A DNA stretch of 63,533 bases, the filler included, from Stramenopiles sp. TOSAG23-3 (taxonomy: Eukaryota): assembly GCA_900128585.1 (NCBI GenBank). It is 13 parts of 13 records of this genome, joined end to end, with 100 filler letters (N's around TTAATTAATTAA, not from the genome) between each part and the next. Parts side by side here need not be neighbours in the genome. Positions count along the whole stretch, not along the records: positions 58,761 to 63,533 come from LT643708.1; 12 more parts are not named here. The stretch is one strand, 5' to 3'. Below, piece after piece: positions 62,360 to 63,533 of the stretch. The notes under the pieces were generated by a model. The model did no database searches, was not told the origin of the DNA, and was given only the letters and a program-made list of their open reading frames with translations. Numbering within the stretch: the first letter of the stretch is position 1; each line of letters begins with the position of its first letter. The translations under genes were made by a program, and so were the position numbers.

Positions 62360-63391
62360 CTACGATAGCAAGGTGTCTGCTGCCTGAGAAAAGACGTCCA
62401 CATGACACGCAACACTGTCTTCAATGTTTGGATAGCTGTAACCCCCTCCCATCAAGCAAACGACCCTGCTCCCCCGCTCCTTGCACCACCTGTACACCAT
62501 TTCGTTGCGATCCTGCAACGTTTCCCTTGACATCTTCAGCCGTCCCAAACGATCGGACTTCAGCGGGTCGACACCTGCTTGAAAAATAACAAGCTCCGGC
62601 ATTTCGCTGTTCTGATTACCGTACGGATCACAGGGGAATGGTCCCTCCTCAGCCAAAAGCGCACTGGTCTTTTCCAATGCTTCAGAGCAAACTTGCAAGT
62701 ACTCTTCCTCCGATACATCATCCTCAACTCCAAAATCAAGGTCTGACGGCTCGTCGTCCCAGGGATAGTTCTTTGAACCGTGAACGGATAAGGTGAACGC
62801 ACCAGGCTCGTTTCTAAGCATCTCGGCCGTCCCGTTCCCTTGGTGAACGTCGAAATCCAAAGATACGACACGGTTGACGTTTTTTGGAACGGTACCACCA
62901 TGAAGTGCTAAATATGTACAGCAAGCAATGTCGTTAAAGATGCAAAAACCTTCCCCATGCGCGGTGAATGCATGGTGCGTTCCCCCGGCTAGATTGCCGG
63001 CAACCCTGTCCCCTGGCCGCTTCGGGTCCAGCACGTGCTCTACACAGCTCAAGCTTCCCCCAGTGATCCGAAATGTTCGGCGCACGAAGTCGTAGGAGAA
63101 TGGAAAGCCAATTTTTCGCATCTGCTTTTCATTCAAGCGACCCCTTGAAAAGTTCGTCACGTAGTTCTCGTCGTGAACGGAAAGAACTTCTTGTTTCGTT
63201 GCCAGCCTAGATTCCATTATCCTTATCATGGAGTCCTTTTTGCCACAGTGTTGCTCCATCGCTCGCCAGACGGCCTCATAACGGTGCATCGGAAACGTGT
63301 GTGTGTCCGGCAATTGCACCGTGTAATCCGAGTGCATGAAAACCGGCATGTAGCCAGAAGAGAAGAGTCTCCGAACACGGTTTGGCTGCAT
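62360..63391 (-). CDS. Zn-dependent deacetylase, HDAC class IV/bacterial-like
   Basis: HTFPM..Y, AGGTHHAF..HGEGFCIFND, DFDVHQGNGT, QAGVDPL..DRLG, MGGGY. Confidence 0.93.
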   Translation of the reverse strand: MQPNRVRRLFSSGYMPVFMHSDYTVQLPDTHTFPMHRYEAVWRAMEQHCGKKDSMIRIMESRLATKQEVLSVHDENYVTNFSRGRLNEKQMRKIGFPFSYDFVRRTFRITGGSLSCVEHVLDPKRPGDRVAGNLAGGTHHAFTAHGEGFCIFNDIACCTYLALHGGTVPKNVNRVVSLDFDVHQGNGTAEMLRNEPGAFTLSVHGSKNYPWDDEPSDLDFGVEDDVSEEEYLQVCSEALEKTSALLAEEGPFPCDPYGNQNSEMPELVIFQAGVDPLKSDRLGRLKMSRETLQDRNEMVYRWCKERGSRVVCLMGGGYSYPNIEDSVACHVDVFSQAADTLLS

Positions 63392-63533
63392 CTACTTTTG
63401 GAACGAGATGAAACGAATTGGTTATACTACCCGTGTCATGGTACAATGAAACAATATAAAATAATTGTTCTACACGAAAGAAAATGGACCCACGGCTTTA
63501 CTTTTGTGTAATTTTTTCTTCTTCTTGTGTGTA

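Overview
This is not one locus. It is 13 unrelated ~4.8 kb contigs in descending length order (4811 to 4773 bp), joined by 100-bp artificial linkers (N44-TTAATTAATTAA-N44). Most contigs look like a flagellated, intron-poor eukaryotic microbe, probably a stramenopile: there is a Sig1/Ocm1-type mastigoneme gene and a CCDC42/CFAP73 gene, with GC-rich coding regions and AT-rich, microsatellite-laden spacers. Housekeeping genes include RPL7A, MTHFR, CDP-DAG synthase, sulfite oxidase, COQ4, an HDAC and an SDR. Contig 3 (9822-14628) looks like a large DNA virus. The top finding is a fully paired tRNA-Gln(UUG) gene (9429-9570) split in its D-arm by a 70-nt intron with full spliceosomal signals (GTACGT...CTAAC...CAG); a one-base shift of the junction also forms a bulge-helix-bulge. 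Other notable items: two related introns in sulfite oxidase that appear to lack a 3' AG, a COQ4-tRNA-binding fusion, a cupredoxin-like domain split by a Kelch propeller, a mastigoneme protein with a virus-fibre-like tail, a secreted multi-core peptide precursor, and an H/ACA-like structured RNA candidate after RPL7A. All family calls come from motif recognition by eye; no searches were run.
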